Shown here: one piece after another, positions 1-10,544 of the stretch
How the letters are laid out: every line of letters begins with the position of its first letter
Position numbering within the stretch: the stretch's first letter is position 1
Assembly (NCBI GenBank): GCA_041640075.1
Contig: JBEQAY010000002.1
Coordinates: forward strand, 1-61,152
From: Candidatus Nanohaloarchaea archaeon
GTDB lineage: Archaea > Nanohalarchaeota > Nanosalinia > Nanosalinales > Nanosalinaceae
Direction of reading: 5' to 3'
Length of the DNA stretch: 61,152 bases
Notes under the pieces: model-generated
Database searches by the model: none
Seen by the model: only the letters and a program-made list of their open reading frames with translations
Told to the model about the DNA's origin: nothing
Translations under genes and position numbers: made by a program

Positions 1-10
1 GTAACCAGTT

Positions 11-85
11 CGAGCCCGTAGGGATTTGAACCCTAGACCTAGCGGTCCGAAGCCGCTCGCTCTGTCCAAGCTGAGCTACGGGCCC
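11..85 (-). tRNA. tRNA-Arg(TCG)
   Basis: Reverse complement folds as a cloverleaf: acceptor GGGCCCG/CGGGCTC, anticodon arm AGCGG-CTTCGGA-CCGCT, T loop GTTCAAATC; CCA not encoded. Confidence 0.95.
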
Positions 86-190
86 TTCTCTGTTATGTTA
101 CAGGATTTGCTGGGATTCTTAAATAAACAGTTACCAACACAGCTCTCTCAGACCTCTGCCTTGAAATTTGTACGGGTTCAATAATGGTTT

Positions 191-562
191 ATGGATAGCA
201 CAGCAGTTTTGATCAGGCGTGACGAAAAATTCTTTTTCACGAGGAAAAAGGATGATGAAAAATTCTCTCCAATATCAAGTGAGCTTGAAAGAGGCAACAC
301 ATTAAGAGAATCTCTAAGAAAGAATATTAGAGAGATTACAGGAGTTGAGGTGGAAATAGAGCAAAAAATAACACGTGTAGAAAATTCTGATAACCGTACG
401 CACTGGTATCTGGCCGAGGAAGTAAGTCCCTCGGAGGAAAATCCTGAACCTGAACAGATAAACGGTGAAACCGGTGAATGGCTCAGCCTTGATGAAAAAG
501 ATAGGATAGAGGATGAGGCAGTCAAGTTTATCGAGGATCACAGGGAAGAACTGGAGATATAG
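191..562 (+). CDS. NUDIX-like protein (degenerate Nudix box)
   Basis: 123 aa; 'ERGNTLRESLRKNIREITGV' resembles GX5EX7REUXEEXGU. Confidence 0.55.
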   Translation: MDSTAVLIRRDEKFFFTRKKDDEKFSPISSELERGNTLRESLRKNIREITGVEVEIEQKITRVENSDNRTHWYLAEEVSPSEENPEPEQINGETGEWLSLDEKDRIEDEAVKFIEDHREELEI

Positions 563-573
563 AGAAAAATTCT

Positions 574-646
574 TGCCAGGGCTGGGATTTGAACCCAGGT
601 CCAGCCACCCCCAGTGACTGATGATGGTCCACTACACTACCCCGGC
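574..646 (-). tRNA. tRNA-Pro(GGG)
   Basis: Cloverleaf: acceptor GCCGGGG/CCCTGGC, anticodon arm AGTCA-CTGGGGG-TGGCT, T arm CTGGG-TTCAAAT-CCCAG. Confidence 0.85.
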
Positions 647-770
647 ATACTCTGGTTGTTGTGTACAGTTAGTCTAAAATTCTTTAATCGATGGCCTAAA
701 ACTGAGTTAGAATTATTAGGGTGATTGAGTTCCGGTGGTTTATTATTGAGGGTTTTCCAATTTTCCTGTG

Positions 771-2360
771 ATGAGCAGGAGTGTTGCCTATTTTTCGATG
801 GAGGTAGGGATTGAACCTGAAATAAAAACTTTTAGCGGTGGCTTAGGGATTTTAGCTGGGGATACCTTGAAAACTGCAGCAGATCAAGATCTGGATTTTA
901 GGGCAGTAACCCTGCTCTACAGAAACGGTTTCTTCAGCCAAGTGATAGAGGGAAACGTACAGCATGAGGAGCCACAGCCCTGGAATTATGAGGAAATATT
1001 AGAGGATACAGGTGAAAGAGTTCACATCAATCTTCGTGGAAGAGAAGTTTGTATCAAGATTTGGAAGTACACATGGAAAGGTGTCAAGGGAGATGTAGAT
1101 ATATTCTTCCTTGACACAGGAGTTGAATCAAACCATCAGGACGATAGAGCACTCACTTCCAGGCTCTACATGGGCGGATCCGAGACCCGTCTATGTCAGG
1201 AAGCGGTTCTGGGGATCGGAGGAACAAGAGCTCTGGAGGAGATTGGAGAGGACAGCGACTACTATCACATGAATGAAGGTCATTCTGCTCTGCTCACGAC
1301 AGAGGCTGATGGTAAAAAGGTTTTCACGAGTCATACGCCAGTACCCGCAGGCCATGACACTTTCTCGTATGACTTAACTGAAAAAGTCCTTCCCGAGAAG
1401 ACTCTGGAAAAACTTGATATCGGAAACCAGTTAAACATGACTGAACTTGCCCTAGAAAACTCTCAGTATGCAAATGCGGTCTCAGATAGGCATGCAGAGG
1501 TTTCAAGGAAAATGTTTCCAGGGTACAGTTTTGATGCTGTAACTAACGGTGTTCATTCAGGTACATGGACTGCTGAACCATTTCAAAGACTTTATAGTGA
1601 TAATATTTCGAAATGGCGGGTTGATCCGGCACGTCTAAACAAGGTCGCAGGGATATCAGATAATTCTATATGGGAGGCTAAGAAAGATTGTAAGAAACGT
1701 CTCTCAAATCTTGTCGAAGAGAACGATGGAGGAGATTTTGATGAAGAAGTTTTCACGATAGGGTTCGCTCGAAGAAGCACGAGTTACAAACGCCCTACAT
1801 TGATATTCAAGGACGTGGAGAAACTGGAAAGTCTAGCGGAAACTTACAACGGACTCCAGATTGTTTTTGGCGGTAAATCTCATCCTGAGGATACAAAAGG
1901 TAAAGAGCTTATCAGCCAGGTGCTGAAGTACTCTGAGATGCTGGAAAGTGTTGATGTTTACTTTATAGAGGACTATGGGATGAAAGATACATCGAAGATG
2001 GTTTCAGGATCTGATCTCTGGCTTAACAACCCGATCCGCGGGAAAGAAGCATCGGGCACATCAGGTATGAAAGCTGCCCATAATGGCACTCCACAGCTCT
2101 CCACACCGGATGGCTGGTGGCTAGAAGGATACATTGAGGATATCACAGGATGGAACATAGGAGAAGATTTTGTCGAAGGTGAAGACGAAGACAGAGTCGA
2201 CAGTATCTCTCTATATTCAAAACTTGAACATATTATGTCTATCTACCATAACGATAGACAAGACTGGATCAAAGTGATGAAACACTGTATAACTTTGAAT
2301 GCCTCTCATTTTAATACTGACAGGATGCTGAAAGAGTACTTAGCCAAAGCATATACATAG
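771..2360 (+). CDS. glgP: Alpha-glucan (glycogen/maltodextrin) phosphorylase
   Basis: AYFSME, SGGLGILAGD, HMNEGH, FARR..YKR, EASGTSGMKA PLP-lysine motif. Confidence 0.95.
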   Translation: MSRSVAYFSMEVGIEPEIKTFSGGLGILAGDTLKTAADQDLDFRAVTLLYRNGFFSQVIEGNVQHEEPQPWNYEEILEDTGERVHINLRGREVCIKIWKYTWKGVKGDVDIFFLDTGVESNHQDDRALTSRLYMGGSETRLCQEAVLGIGGTRALEEIGEDSDYYHMNEGHSALLTTEADGKKVFTSHTPVPAGHDTFSYDLTEKVLPEKTLEKLDIGNQLNMTELALENSQYANAVSDRHAEVSRKMFPGYSFDAVTNGVHSGTWTAEPFQRLYSDNISKWRVDPARLNKVAGISDNSIWEAKKDCKKRLSNLVEENDGGDFDEEVFTIGFARRSTSYKRPTLIFKDVEKLESLAETYNGLQIVFGGKSHPEDTKGKELISQVLKYSEMLESVDVYFIEDYGMKDTSKMVSGSDLWLNNPIRGKEASGTSGMKAAHNGTPQLSTPDGWWLEGYIEDITGWNIGEDFVEGEDEDRVDSISLYSKLEHIMSIYHNDRQDWIKVMKHCITLNASHFNTDRMLKEYLAKAYT

Positions 2361-2396
2361 AAAGGTCATTTAGGAAGAAAAAAGAAATTTATAAAC

Positions 2397-3554
2397 CTAG
2401 AAGGTTGTGATATCGCCTTCAACACACCTATCTGTTATTGAATCAATGTTCTGAAGGTGCTGCTCTACTATATGCTCAAAATCGCTTTCTTCTGCGGATG
2501 TCTCCACTTCAACGAGTCTAGGGTCACTGATAGGTTTTCCGATCTGTGAAAGAAGTTTGACTTCTGCATACTCTCCTGTTCTCTGGTAGATATCCTTGGC
2601 AATCTCCTGGGCGAGAAGATTGTAGATCTTTCCAATATGTGTCACAGGATTTTTACCTGATGCTGCCTCCATACTCATGGATCTATGAGGTGTAATCAAC
2701 CCGTTAACACGGTTACCTCGTCCTACGGAACCATCATCTCCCATCTCCGCAGAAGTACCCGTCACAGTAAGGTAAACTTCCTCTGCATCTATATTATCAG
2801 CAGTATTAACATGTACATCAGCTTCCAACTCATTTCTTTCTGTTACTTCTGTTGCAGTTTCTTTAACTTCTCTTACATGTTGTTTGTAATCCTCCAGCGA
2901 CCTGATTCTAGACGAAATACCTGCTGCTGCGATTGTTACTGTCAGAGTATCTTCTTCACGCAATCCCATTACCTTGACATCTTCTCCACATTTTTCCAGT
3001 TCTCTTACTTCCTCTTCAATCTCCCGGACAGCTTTCTCCGCCGGGGAAAGCGGTGCATGTCCGACACCGAAGCTTGTATCGTTTGAAAGCCTTTCATCTC
3101 TTTCATAGACTGCCTCCAAATCAGTTGATGTCTCACCAATCCTTGACTCAAACTCTATATGTGAAGTCTCCAACTGCTTGAAATTTGAGTCAATGTAATT
3201 CTTAGCAGCATCCAATGCTATCCTATCGACAGGTATTTTCTCGCCATTAAATTCCTTTGTTGCACGGCCTGTTAGCAGAATGTAGATAGGTTCAATGATT
3301 TCTCCTTCTTCAGAATCAATATCCGGATTTGCCTCACCCGCCACAAGTTGGACCTCATCTGTATTATGGTGCAAAATGGTGCCGAACCTGTCACGATACT
3401 CACGTGAGAGAGCCTGTGAAACACTCTCGGCAATACCATCAGAAATACTATCAGGATGGCCCAATCCTTTCCTCTCAACAAGCTCTGTTTTCCTCTGCTT
3501 AACGGGGTCTTTATCTACTTCATGATGTGTAATATCCATATTGAATATATTCAT
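2397..3554 (-). CDS. mat: Archaeal S-adenosylmethionine synthetase
   Basis: ELVERKGLGHPDSI, NDTSFGVG, GEDVKVMG, GDDGSVGRGNRVNGLITP, SGKNPVTHIGKIYN; start uncertain. Confidence 0.95.
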   Translation of the reverse strand: MNIFNMDITHHEVDKDPVKQRKTELVERKGLGHPDSISDGIAESVSQALSREYRDRFGTILHHNTDEVQLVAGEANPDIDSEEGEIIEPIYILLTGRATKEFNGEKIPVDRIALDAAKNYIDSNFKQLETSHIEFESRIGETSTDLEAVYERDERLSNDTSFGVGHAPLSPAEKAVREIEEEVRELEKCGEDVKVMGLREEDTLTVTIAAAGISSRIRSLEDYKQHVREVKETATEVTERNELEADVHVNTADNIDAEEVYLTVTGTSAEMGDDGSVGRGNRVNGLITPHRSMSMEAASGKNPVTHIGKIYNLLAQEIAKDIYQRTGEYAEVKLLSQIGKPISDPRLVEVETSAEESDFEHIVEQHLQNIDSITDRCVEGDITTF

Positions 3555-3612
3555 CAAGGAAACCTAAAAACTCTCACATCAATCTTGCAAGAACCCTGAA
3601 TTCTGTAAATAA

Positions 3613-3686
3613 TGGACTCTCTGGGATTTGAACCCAGGGCCTTCTCCGTGCCAGGGAGACGTTCTGCCAGGCTGAACTAAGAGCCC
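3613..3686 (-). tRNA. tRNA-Ala(GGC)
   Basis: Cloverleaf with G3:U70 pair; anticodon arm TCTCC-CTGGCAC-GGAGA. Confidence 0.95.
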
Positions 3687-3783
3687 TTGTATATTGATTT
3701 CTGCTTGGTTAATCCTAAATAACCTTTCTGGAATTACTGTTCTGGGAGTATTTATTTGATGTTTAGTCTATAAGGAGGTTTTT

Positions 3784-4650
3784 ATGGCTGTTAAGCTAGA
3801 GGATGATTACCGCGACAATTTTTCTGACTACAGTCCTGAAAACCTGAAGGAACGCATGACGTCTCTGGCGGAGGATGACTCGGATTTCTCGGACGAGGAG
3901 ATCGAAGGTCTTCTCTCCGAGTTCGCTTACGCACTGGAGAGAGGTGATATCCGTTCCGCGGAGAAAGTCGACGAAGAATGGCAGGCAAATGCATGGGTTA
4001 AGAAAGGAATACTAACGATTTTCGGTCATGCAGAAAATATTGAGCGAAATGAAGGCCGCAGCTACTATGATGTTATGCCTACAAGAAATGTAGATGAGTT
4101 CCCGGAGAAAGGAGCACGTAATACGCCAGGGACGACGTTGAGGATGGGTAACTTCTTCGGCGACGGTGCAACAGTCATGTCTGAGGCCTACGTCAACATC
4201 GGAGTCTATGTAGGAGACGGCTCGATGGTGGACTCGAACGTGACGATGGGTTCATGTGCACAGGTCGGAGAAGACTGCCACATCGGAGCAAACACCTTGA
4301 TTGGAGGTGTACTGGAGCCTATTGAGGATAATCCTGTGATAATCGAAGACGGAGCGTCTATAGGCGGCGGCTCGATCGTAACCTCCGGCTTCAAAGTAGG
4401 AGAAAACGTCGAAGTCGCAGAAAATACGCTGTTGACACCGAGGATCGATGTCTACGACCTTGTAGAGAACGAAGTCATCAGAGGAGAGATACCTGCGAAC
4501 AGGAGGGTATTCCAGCGCTATGTGACCTCAGGCCTCGCAGAACACGAACTCTTCCAGGAAGAAGGAAAAACACCTCAAAAGCCTGTGATCGTGGCCATCG
4601 ACAAGGAAGAGGACGCAGTAGAGCTGGAAGAAGAGCTGAGGATGGATTAG
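3784..4650 (+). CDS. dapD: Tetrahydrodipicolinate N-succinyltransferase
   Basis: WQANAWVKKGIL, YVNIGVYVG, GSCAQVG, IGGVLEP, hexapeptide repeats. Confidence 0.92.
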   Translation: MAVKLEDDYRDNFSDYSPENLKERMTSLAEDDSDFSDEEIEGLLSEFAYALERGDIRSAEKVDEEWQANAWVKKGILTIFGHAENIERNEGRSYYDVMPTRNVDEFPEKGARNTPGTTLRMGNFFGDGATVMSEAYVNIGVYVGDGSMVDSNVTMGSCAQVGEDCHIGANTLIGGVLEPIEDNPVIIEDGASIGGGSIVTSGFKVGENVEVAENTLLTPRIDVYDLVENEVIRGEIPANRRVFQRYVTSGLAEHELFQEEGKTPQKPVIVAIDKEEDAVELEEELRMD

Positions 4651-4675
4651 AGGTCAAAAAAGGCCTCCATCCTTT

Positions 4676-5911
4676 CTATTCTTTCTCTAACTCTGTACCG
4701 TGGAAGATATCTCTCAGGCCTTCACGTTCACGTATGACTTTAGCTTCTCCATCCTCTACCAGAACTTCCGCGGGTAGAGGCCTCGAGTTCCAATGAGAGG
4801 CCATCGTAAAGCCGTAGGCACCGATATCTTCTATAGAGACAAGATCTCCTTCCTCCATGTCCGGAAGTGCCCGGTCCTCAGCCATAACATCGGTCGAGGA
4901 GCAGACAGGTCCTACAACGTTTTTCTCGCCGTCTACAGGCCTTTCAAGGTCGTTCGCAAGGAGGATCTCGTGGTAGGCGTCGAGCAGCATAGGCCTAATG
5001 TTATGGTGCATCCCAGTGTCAATACCTACGAACTCGGTTCCTCCCTTCTCCTTCACACCCGTTACGCTGGACAGAAGGTGTCCTGACTGTGCTACGAGGA
5101 ACCTCCCCGGCTCAATCCTTAACTGAGGCCTCCCGATATCGTGCTCTTCTATACCTTCGGTGAACTTCTGTGTAACGTTTTCAGCAGTTTCTTCGACATC
5201 TAGTTCGTCCTGTTCAGGCCTGTAAGGGATTCCCAGTCCCCCGCCTATGTCCACAAATTCGAACTCTATATCCAGTTCTTCCGCGATATCACCCGCTATC
5301 TCAAGTAGCTTTTCCGTTATCTGTCCGAAGTACTCCGGGTCTCGCACATTGCTTCCAGTCATCATGTGGATGCCGAACCTCTCAGCACCTCTTTCCTTAG
5401 CCTTCCTGTAGGCCTCGACGGCTCTATCCTCTGGTATACCGAACTTGGTGTCGCCGCCTCCTAGTACGAGTCCGAAGTCGCCTCTTCCTATGCCTGGGTC
5501 GATCCTGAAACATATCTCCTCCGGCATCTCGTCGATCTTGTCGAGAAGGAAGACAGAATCCAGGTTCACAGTCGCTCCGTGCTCGATAGCGTACTCGATC
5601 TCATCCTTCCTGTTATACGGCGCAGTATACATCATCTCATCCGCATCTACCTCGTTCGCCAGCAGTATCTCCGACTTCCCAGCACAGTCTAGACCCGCAC
5701 CCTCTTTAACTAGTAGCCGGGCGATGCTAGGGTTGAAGTTCGACTTCACTGCGAAATTAATGCTGAAATCCTCGTAGCGACTGGAGAAGGCCTCGTCAAG
5801 CCTCCTGTACTGCTCTCTTATCTTCTCGGCGTCGTACACGAACAGCGGCGTATCATATTCCTCTGCGATCTCCTCTGCTTCAAGGCCTCCGATCTCCAGC
5901 TTCTCAGTCAT
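4676..5911 (-). CDS. lysA: Diaminopimelate decarboxylase
   Basis: TPLFVYD, FAVKSN (PLP Lys), KFGI, DIGGGLG, EPGRFLV, GAYG; start taken at MTEKLEIGG. Confidence 0.93.
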   Translation of the reverse strand: MTEKLEIGGLEAEEIAEEYDTPLFVYDAEKIREQYRRLDEAFSSRYEDFSINFAVKSNFNPSIARLLVKEGAGLDCAGKSEILLANEVDADEMMYTAPYNRKDEIEYAIEHGATVNLDSVFLLDKIDEMPEEICFRIDPGIGRGDFGLVLGGGDTKFGIPEDRAVEAYRKAKERGAERFGIHMMTGSNVRDPEYFGQITEKLLEIAGDIAEELDIEFEFVDIGGGLGIPYRPEQDELDVEETAENVTQKFTEGIEEHDIGRPQLRIEPGRFLVAQSGHLLSSVTGVKEKGGTEFVGIDTGMHHNIRPMLLDAYHEILLANDLERPVDGEKNVVGPVCSSTDVMAEDRALPDMEEGDLVSIEDIGAYGFTMASHWNSRPLPAEVLVEDGEAKVIREREGLRDIFHGTELEKE

Positions 5912-5951
5912 AGTGATCTCCCGATAAAGAAAAAAGAGGGTTGAAAGGTTT

Positions 5952-7400
5952 TCATTCTTCCTCACCCACCATCGGGAACAGCAGCACATCCCTGATCGAC
6001 TCCTGACCTGTCAAGACCATCACCAGTCTATCGACACCGATACCAAGGCCTCCGGTCGGCGGCATACCCAATTCTAGGGCCTCGACAAACTCCATGTCAA
6101 GAGGATGTGCCTCATCGTCACCCTGTTCCTGACGTTCCTGTTCCCTCTCGAAGTGCTGTCTCTGCTGTACCGGATCACGCAGCTCAGTATAAGCGTTCGC
6201 AAGCTCCATGCCGGCGACGAAGGATTCGAACCTCTCGATAAGGCCTTCTCTGTCCCGGTGATCCATGCAGAGAGGAGTGGTCTCCTGAGGATAATCAGTG
6301 ATGTGCGTCGGCTGAACCAGTTCCTCTTCCGCGACCTCTTCGAAGATTTCGGTGATAGCAAGGCCTCTCTCGAACTCTGAGTCAAGTTCTGCACCGACTT
6401 CTTCCATTGCTTCACGGAGCTCTTCATCACTCATATCCTCGACGTTAAGGCCTCCGTACTCTTCGATCGCTTCGTGCATGGTTATCCTTCTCCACGGCGC
6501 TGATAAATCGATCTCATCCCCTTGGTACTCGACGGTAGTCGAACCTAGGATCTGTTCTGCGATGTGCTCAACCAATTGCTCTGTGATCTCCATCATATCT
6601 TCGTAGTCGGCGTAGGCCTGATACAGCTCCATCATCGTGAACTCCGGGTTGTGTGTCCGGTCTATTGATTCATTGCGAAAATCTGTGGCGACCTCGAAGA
6701 TTCTCTCGTAGCCGCCGACGATGAGTCTTTTCAGGTACAGCTCCGGTGAGATTCGCAGGTAGGCGTCCATGTCCCTGTCGTTGATATGGGTCTCGAACGG
6801 CTCGGCGTTAGCACCACCGTAGACAGGTTGAATAGTCGGAGTCTCGACCTCCATGAAACCATCATTTTCCAGGAAAGATCTCAGCTCGGAGATTATACGG
6901 CTTCGGTCTCGGAAACGTTCCCTTGCCTCCATATCCATGGCGAGGTGCTGCGGCCTGTCGCGGTACCTGAGCTCCTGGTCCTCAATACCGAAGTGCTCCG
7001 CAGGGATCGGCCTCACGCTCGGTGTCAAGATCTGGATTTCCCCGACTTCTAGAGAAAATTCGCCGCGGTCTGTATAGATCAGTGTTCCAGTGACGCCGAC
7101 GAAGTCGCCCCTGTAGACGTCTTCCAGGGTTTCGAGAGCCTCATCTTCTTCCCTGATCATAATCTGGATATCACTTCTTGAGTCACGCAGGTCTAGGAAG
7201 GCGAGCTCGCCGAAGTCACGGATCTCCATCACCCTTCCGGCGATGGAAAATTCCTGTTCGGGAAGCTCTTCCCCGCTTCCGGAGTCGAACTCTCGAAGTT
7301 CCTCTATGGTATGGCTGCGGTCGAAGTCGTGCGGGAACGCGTCGCCGCTTTCTCGCATCCTTTCCAGGCGTTCCAGGCGCTCCTCCTGTTCATCAGACAT
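5952..7400 (-). CDS. lysS: Class II lysyl-tRNA synthetase
   Basis: OB-fold N-terminus, EVETP, YLRISPELYLKRLIVGG, FRNESIDRTHNPEF, GMPPTGGLGIGVDRL. Confidence 0.95.
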   Translation of the reverse strand: MSDEQEERLERLERMRESGDAFPHDFDRSHTIEELREFDSGSGEELPEQEFSIAGRVMEIRDFGELAFLDLRDSRSDIQIMIREEDEALETLEDVYRGDFVGVTGTLIYTDRGEFSLEVGEIQILTPSVRPIPAEHFGIEDQELRYRDRPQHLAMDMEARERFRDRSRIISELRSFLENDGFMEVETPTIQPVYGGANAEPFETHINDRDMDAYLRISPELYLKRLIVGGYERIFEVATDFRNESIDRTHNPEFTMMELYQAYADYEDMMEITEQLVEHIAEQILGSTTVEYQGDEIDLSAPWRRITMHEAIEEYGGLNVEDMSDEELREAMEEVGAELDSEFERGLAITEIFEEVAEEELVQPTHITDYPQETTPLCMDHRDREGLIERFESFVAGMELANAYTELRDPVQQRQHFEREQERQEQGDDEAHPLDMEFVEALELGMPPTGGLGIGVDRLVMVLTGQESIRDVLLFPMVGEEE

Positions 7401-7541
7401 GAGGACCACCTGAAGGTTCGAGGGATAGAGTAGCTGCTGTTGTAGAAAGGTTTTCAGTTGAAGACTCTAGGAGTCTCCTGTCGGTTGCATACGTGCCAGT
7501 GCTTAAAGCATTCACCAGTCATTGTAATCAGGAAATCTTAC

Positions 7542-7633
7542 CGAAGTTTTAAATATACTTCGAATATTTTAGATAAACGTAATTTTTCTTCATTTTTCAA
7601 GATTGTTTCTTCGAATATAGAAGAGTTTTTAAG
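7542..7633. promoter_or_regulatory. Divergent lysS/dapA control region with inverted repeat and TATA box
   Basis: CGAAGT-N9-ACTTCG at 7542-7562; TTTTTAAG at 7626, 30 nt before the dapA ATG (leaderless geometry). Confidence 0.5.
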
Positions 7634-7655
7634 TTTTCATGTATCTACCGGAAGT

Positions 7656-8597
7656 ATGACATTCACGCCAGAGGGAATCTTCCCCGCATTACCGACACCT
7701 ATCAATGATGACGGTTCGATAAACTACGAGGCCGCAGAAAACCATATTGAATACCTTGAAGAGAACGGCATCCACGGAATAGTTCCCGCTGGATGTACAG
7801 GACATGCCGCGACGCTCGGCGACCAGGGAGGCGAGAACCTGGAGTACGATGAACACGTGGAGTTCGTCTCACGCCTTGCGGAGATGACTGATCTACCTGT
7901 TATCGCTGGCGACGGCATGAACTCGACCCAGCAGACCCTTGAACTCGCAACTCGTATCGAGGAAGAGGCGGATATCGACGCCCATCTTATGATTTCGCCG
8001 TACCAGAACTGTCCTCCACAGGATCTGATAATCGAACACTACAGGACTCTGGCTCGTGAGCTTGAGAAGCCGATCATTGCGTACAATGTTCCGGGGAGAA
8101 CCGGTAGGAACATTGAGGCAGAAACCACTATCGAACTTGCAAGGATTGACGGAGTGATCGGAATCAAGGAAGCTTCACTGGATTACGCACAGATTCATGA
8201 GATCGGTAGAAGACTTCAGGAAGAGGGAATCGATGATTTCTATCTTGGTTCTGGAGATGACGCCGCGAACCACTTTGCCTTTGAACAGGGTGGAAGTTTC
8301 GGTATAAGTGTTTCAGCGAACGTTCATCCGGCAGGAGTCGTTGATGTCTGGGAACTTGCCTACGAGGAAGAGGATTTTCAGTCTGCCTTCGAGAGAAACA
8401 GAGAGCTTAGACCACTGCATGACGCAATGTTCCAGGAAGGAGAGAAAAACCCTATCAGCGTCCAGTACGCTGTAAACCTTCTGGGCTTCGATTTCGGTAC
8501 TCCACGGATGCCTCTGGACAGGAGACCTCGACAGGACGACGAATACCAAAACAGGGATGAGATCAGAAACGTTTTAGAGAATCAAGGCCTAATCTAG
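7656..8597 (+). CDS. dapA: 4-hydroxy-tetrahydrodipicolinate synthase
   Basis: GIFPALPTP, GCTG, YNVPGRTG, GIKEAS; start at MTFTPEG. Confidence 0.93.
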   Translation: MTFTPEGIFPALPTPINDDGSINYEAAENHIEYLEENGIHGIVPAGCTGHAATLGDQGGENLEYDEHVEFVSRLAEMTDLPVIAGDGMNSTQQTLELATRIEEEADIDAHLMISPYQNCPPQDLIIEHYRTLARELEKPIIAYNVPGRTGRNIEAETTIELARIDGVIGIKEASLDYAQIHEIGRRLQEEGIDDFYLGSGDDAANHFAFEQGGSFGISVSANVHPAGVVDVWELAYEEEDFQSAFERNRELRPLHDAMFQEGEKNPISVQYAVNLLGFDFGTPRMPLDRRPRQDDEYQNRDEIRNVLENQGLI

Positions 8598-9359
8598 ATG
8601 CATAAGATGAGAATCGCTGTAACCGGAGCAACCGGTCAGATGGGAACCAACGTCTTAAAATCAGCCAGAGACAGAGAAATAGAAATAGGGCTGGCAGTCG
8701 ACCGTAAAGAGGCGGAAAACCGTGGATTGAAAGTCCAGAGTGACGAAAACTTCGAACAGCTTCTGCGGGAAAAACCGGTCGATGTTATCGTTGACTTCAC
8801 AGTCCCAGAAGCTACGATGAGGTACTTGGAAGCAGCGAGGAAAACCTCCATACCTATCGTCATCGGCACTACAGGATTCTCAGATGAACAGGAAGAGAGG
8901 ATTGAGAGCGCTGGCGATGAAATACCGGTCCTGCGGGCTTCAAATTTTTCACCCAGCATCAATGTAATGCGTGAACTTGTCAGAGAGGCCGCATCAAAAC
9001 TTGAGGACTACGATATCGAGGTCACGGAGACCCATCACAACAGGAAGAGAGATGCCCCTAGTGGGACGGCCAACAGCTTTCTGGAAGAGATAAGGGAAGC
9101 AAGAGGAGATTTTGAAGAAGTCCATGGCAGAGAAGGTGAAGCGCCGAGAACTGAAGGTGAGATCGGTGTCCACGCAAAGAGAGCAGGCGACATCAAAGGA
9201 ACACACGAGGTCTTGATGGCGGGAGACGAGGAAGTACTGAAGATTCGGCACAGAAGTGAGTCTAGGGAAGTTTTCTCTTCTGGAGCCTTGAAGGCCGCTG
9301 AATGGCTTCAGAATCAGAAACCTGGTTTCTACAGTTTTTCAGAGGTGCTAGAAAGATGA
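8598..9359 (+). CDS. dapB: 4-hydroxy-tetrahydrodipicolinate reductase
   Basis: GATGQMG, DFT, IGTTG, ETHHNRKRDAPSGTA. Confidence 0.95.
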   Translation: MHKMRIAVTGATGQMGTNVLKSARDREIEIGLAVDRKEAENRGLKVQSDENFEQLLREKPVDVIVDFTVPEATMRYLEAARKTSIPIVIGTTGFSDEQEERIESAGDEIPVLRASNFSPSINVMRELVREAASKLEDYDIEVTETHHNRKRDAPSGTANSFLEEIREARGDFEEVHGREGEAPRTEGEIGVHAKRAGDIKGTHEVLMAGDEEVLKIRHRSESREVFSSGALKAAEWLQNQKPGFYSFSEVLER

Positions 9360-10543
9360 GGATAGTTGTGAAGTTCGGAGGAACCAGTCTGAAAGACGGG
9401 AATAGGATAGAAAACGCAGTCGATTCCATAGAGAACGCAGTAGAGGAAGGACACGAGGTGGCTGTTGTGGCTTCGGCAATGGGAAGCACGACAGATGAAC
9501 TGCTCGAAAATATTGATTTCAACGCGGAGGAAGAGGATCGGGATGAGATTGTCTCTATGGGAGAGAGAACCAGTGTGAGAATGCTAAAAGCAGCCCTCAG
9601 ATCCAGAGGTATTGATGCAGAGTTCTATGAACCAGGAGCAGAGGACTGGCCTGTAAAGCTAGGTGAAGAAGGAGAGGTAAATATATCTGAGACGCGTGAA
9701 AGATCCGAGAAAATTGCTGAGAGGCTTGAAGATGAGGTTCCGGTGATCACAGGTTTCCTAGCGGAAGATTCGGAAGGAAAAGTTACAACTCTGGGCCGTG
9801 GAGGATCTGATACGACTGCAGTGATGCTTGGAAACTACATGGAAGCGGACAGAACCGTTATTGTCACAGATGTGGAGGGAGTTCTGACCGGTGACCCAGA
9901 GATCGTGGAATCAACGCATAACGTGGGTGAGATCAGCGTCGATGAACTCAGGGATCTCTCCTTCAAGGGTGCAGAGGTCATCGCACCGGAGGCACTACCG
10001 TACAAAGAGGATGAAATGGATGTTACAGTCGTGCATTTCCAGCAAAATAACTTGCTGGAGTCTGGGACAAGTATCGAAGGAGAGTTCGAGCGTATAATCA
10101 ATACTGATGAAAAAGAGTTCGCCTGTCTTACAATAGCCGGGAGAGAAATCAGACTGGAGCCAGGTATACTTGCAAAGCTTTCTACACAGCTCGAGGAAAA
10201 CGGAGTGAATATTGAGGCAGCTTCGACAGGAATGGACAGTGTCAGCTTCTTCGTTGAAGAGGAACAGGCTGATACTGCAAACCAGGCGCTTCATGACCTT
10301 GTGGTGGAGAGGGAGAAAATCTCCTCGGTCACGGTAGATGATGAGATCGGGGTCGTACGGGTTGCAGGTGGAAAACTTCCTGATCGGCCTGGCGTGGTGC
10401 GTGATATAGTTGATCCTCTGGCCGAGGCGAATATAAATATACATGAGATTGTGACAAGTGCCTCCAGCGTTATAGTTTTCGTGAGCTACGAGGTAAGGGA
10501 AAAAGCATTGAGTATAGTGCAGGAGAACCTGGGTGACGCATAG
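9356..10543 (+). CDS. lysC: Aspartate kinase
   Basis: VVKFGGTS, TTLGRGGSDTTA, TDVEG, C-terminal ACT domains; ATGA overlap with dapB. Confidence 0.95.
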   Translation: MRIVVKFGGTSLKDGNRIENAVDSIENAVEEGHEVAVVASAMGSTTDELLENIDFNAEEEDRDEIVSMGERTSVRMLKAALRSRGIDAEFYEPGAEDWPVKLGEEGEVNISETRERSEKIAERLEDEVPVITGFLAEDSEGKVTTLGRGGSDTTAVMLGNYMEADRTVIVTDVEGVLTGDPEIVESTHNVGEISVDELRDLSFKGAEVIAPEALPYKEDEMDVTVVHFQQNNLLESGTSIEGEFERIINTDEKEFACLTIAGREIRLEPGILAKLSTQLEENGVNIEAASTGMDSVSFFVEEEQADTANQALHDLVVEREKISSVTVDDEIGVVRVAGGKLPDRPGVVRDIVDPLAEANINIHEIVTSASSVIVFVSYEVREKALSIVQENLGDA

Positions 10544-10544
10544 A

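Noticed and set aside
2-10. TAACCAGTT at the 3' ends of both tRNA-Arg and tRNA-Ile (23106-23114) as an att site
   Set aside because: Only 9 nt, offset by one base, and no integrase or duplicated tRNA 3' end
7458-7655. N-terminal extension of dapA
   Set aside because: AT-rich promoter region; TATA spacing supports ATG 7656
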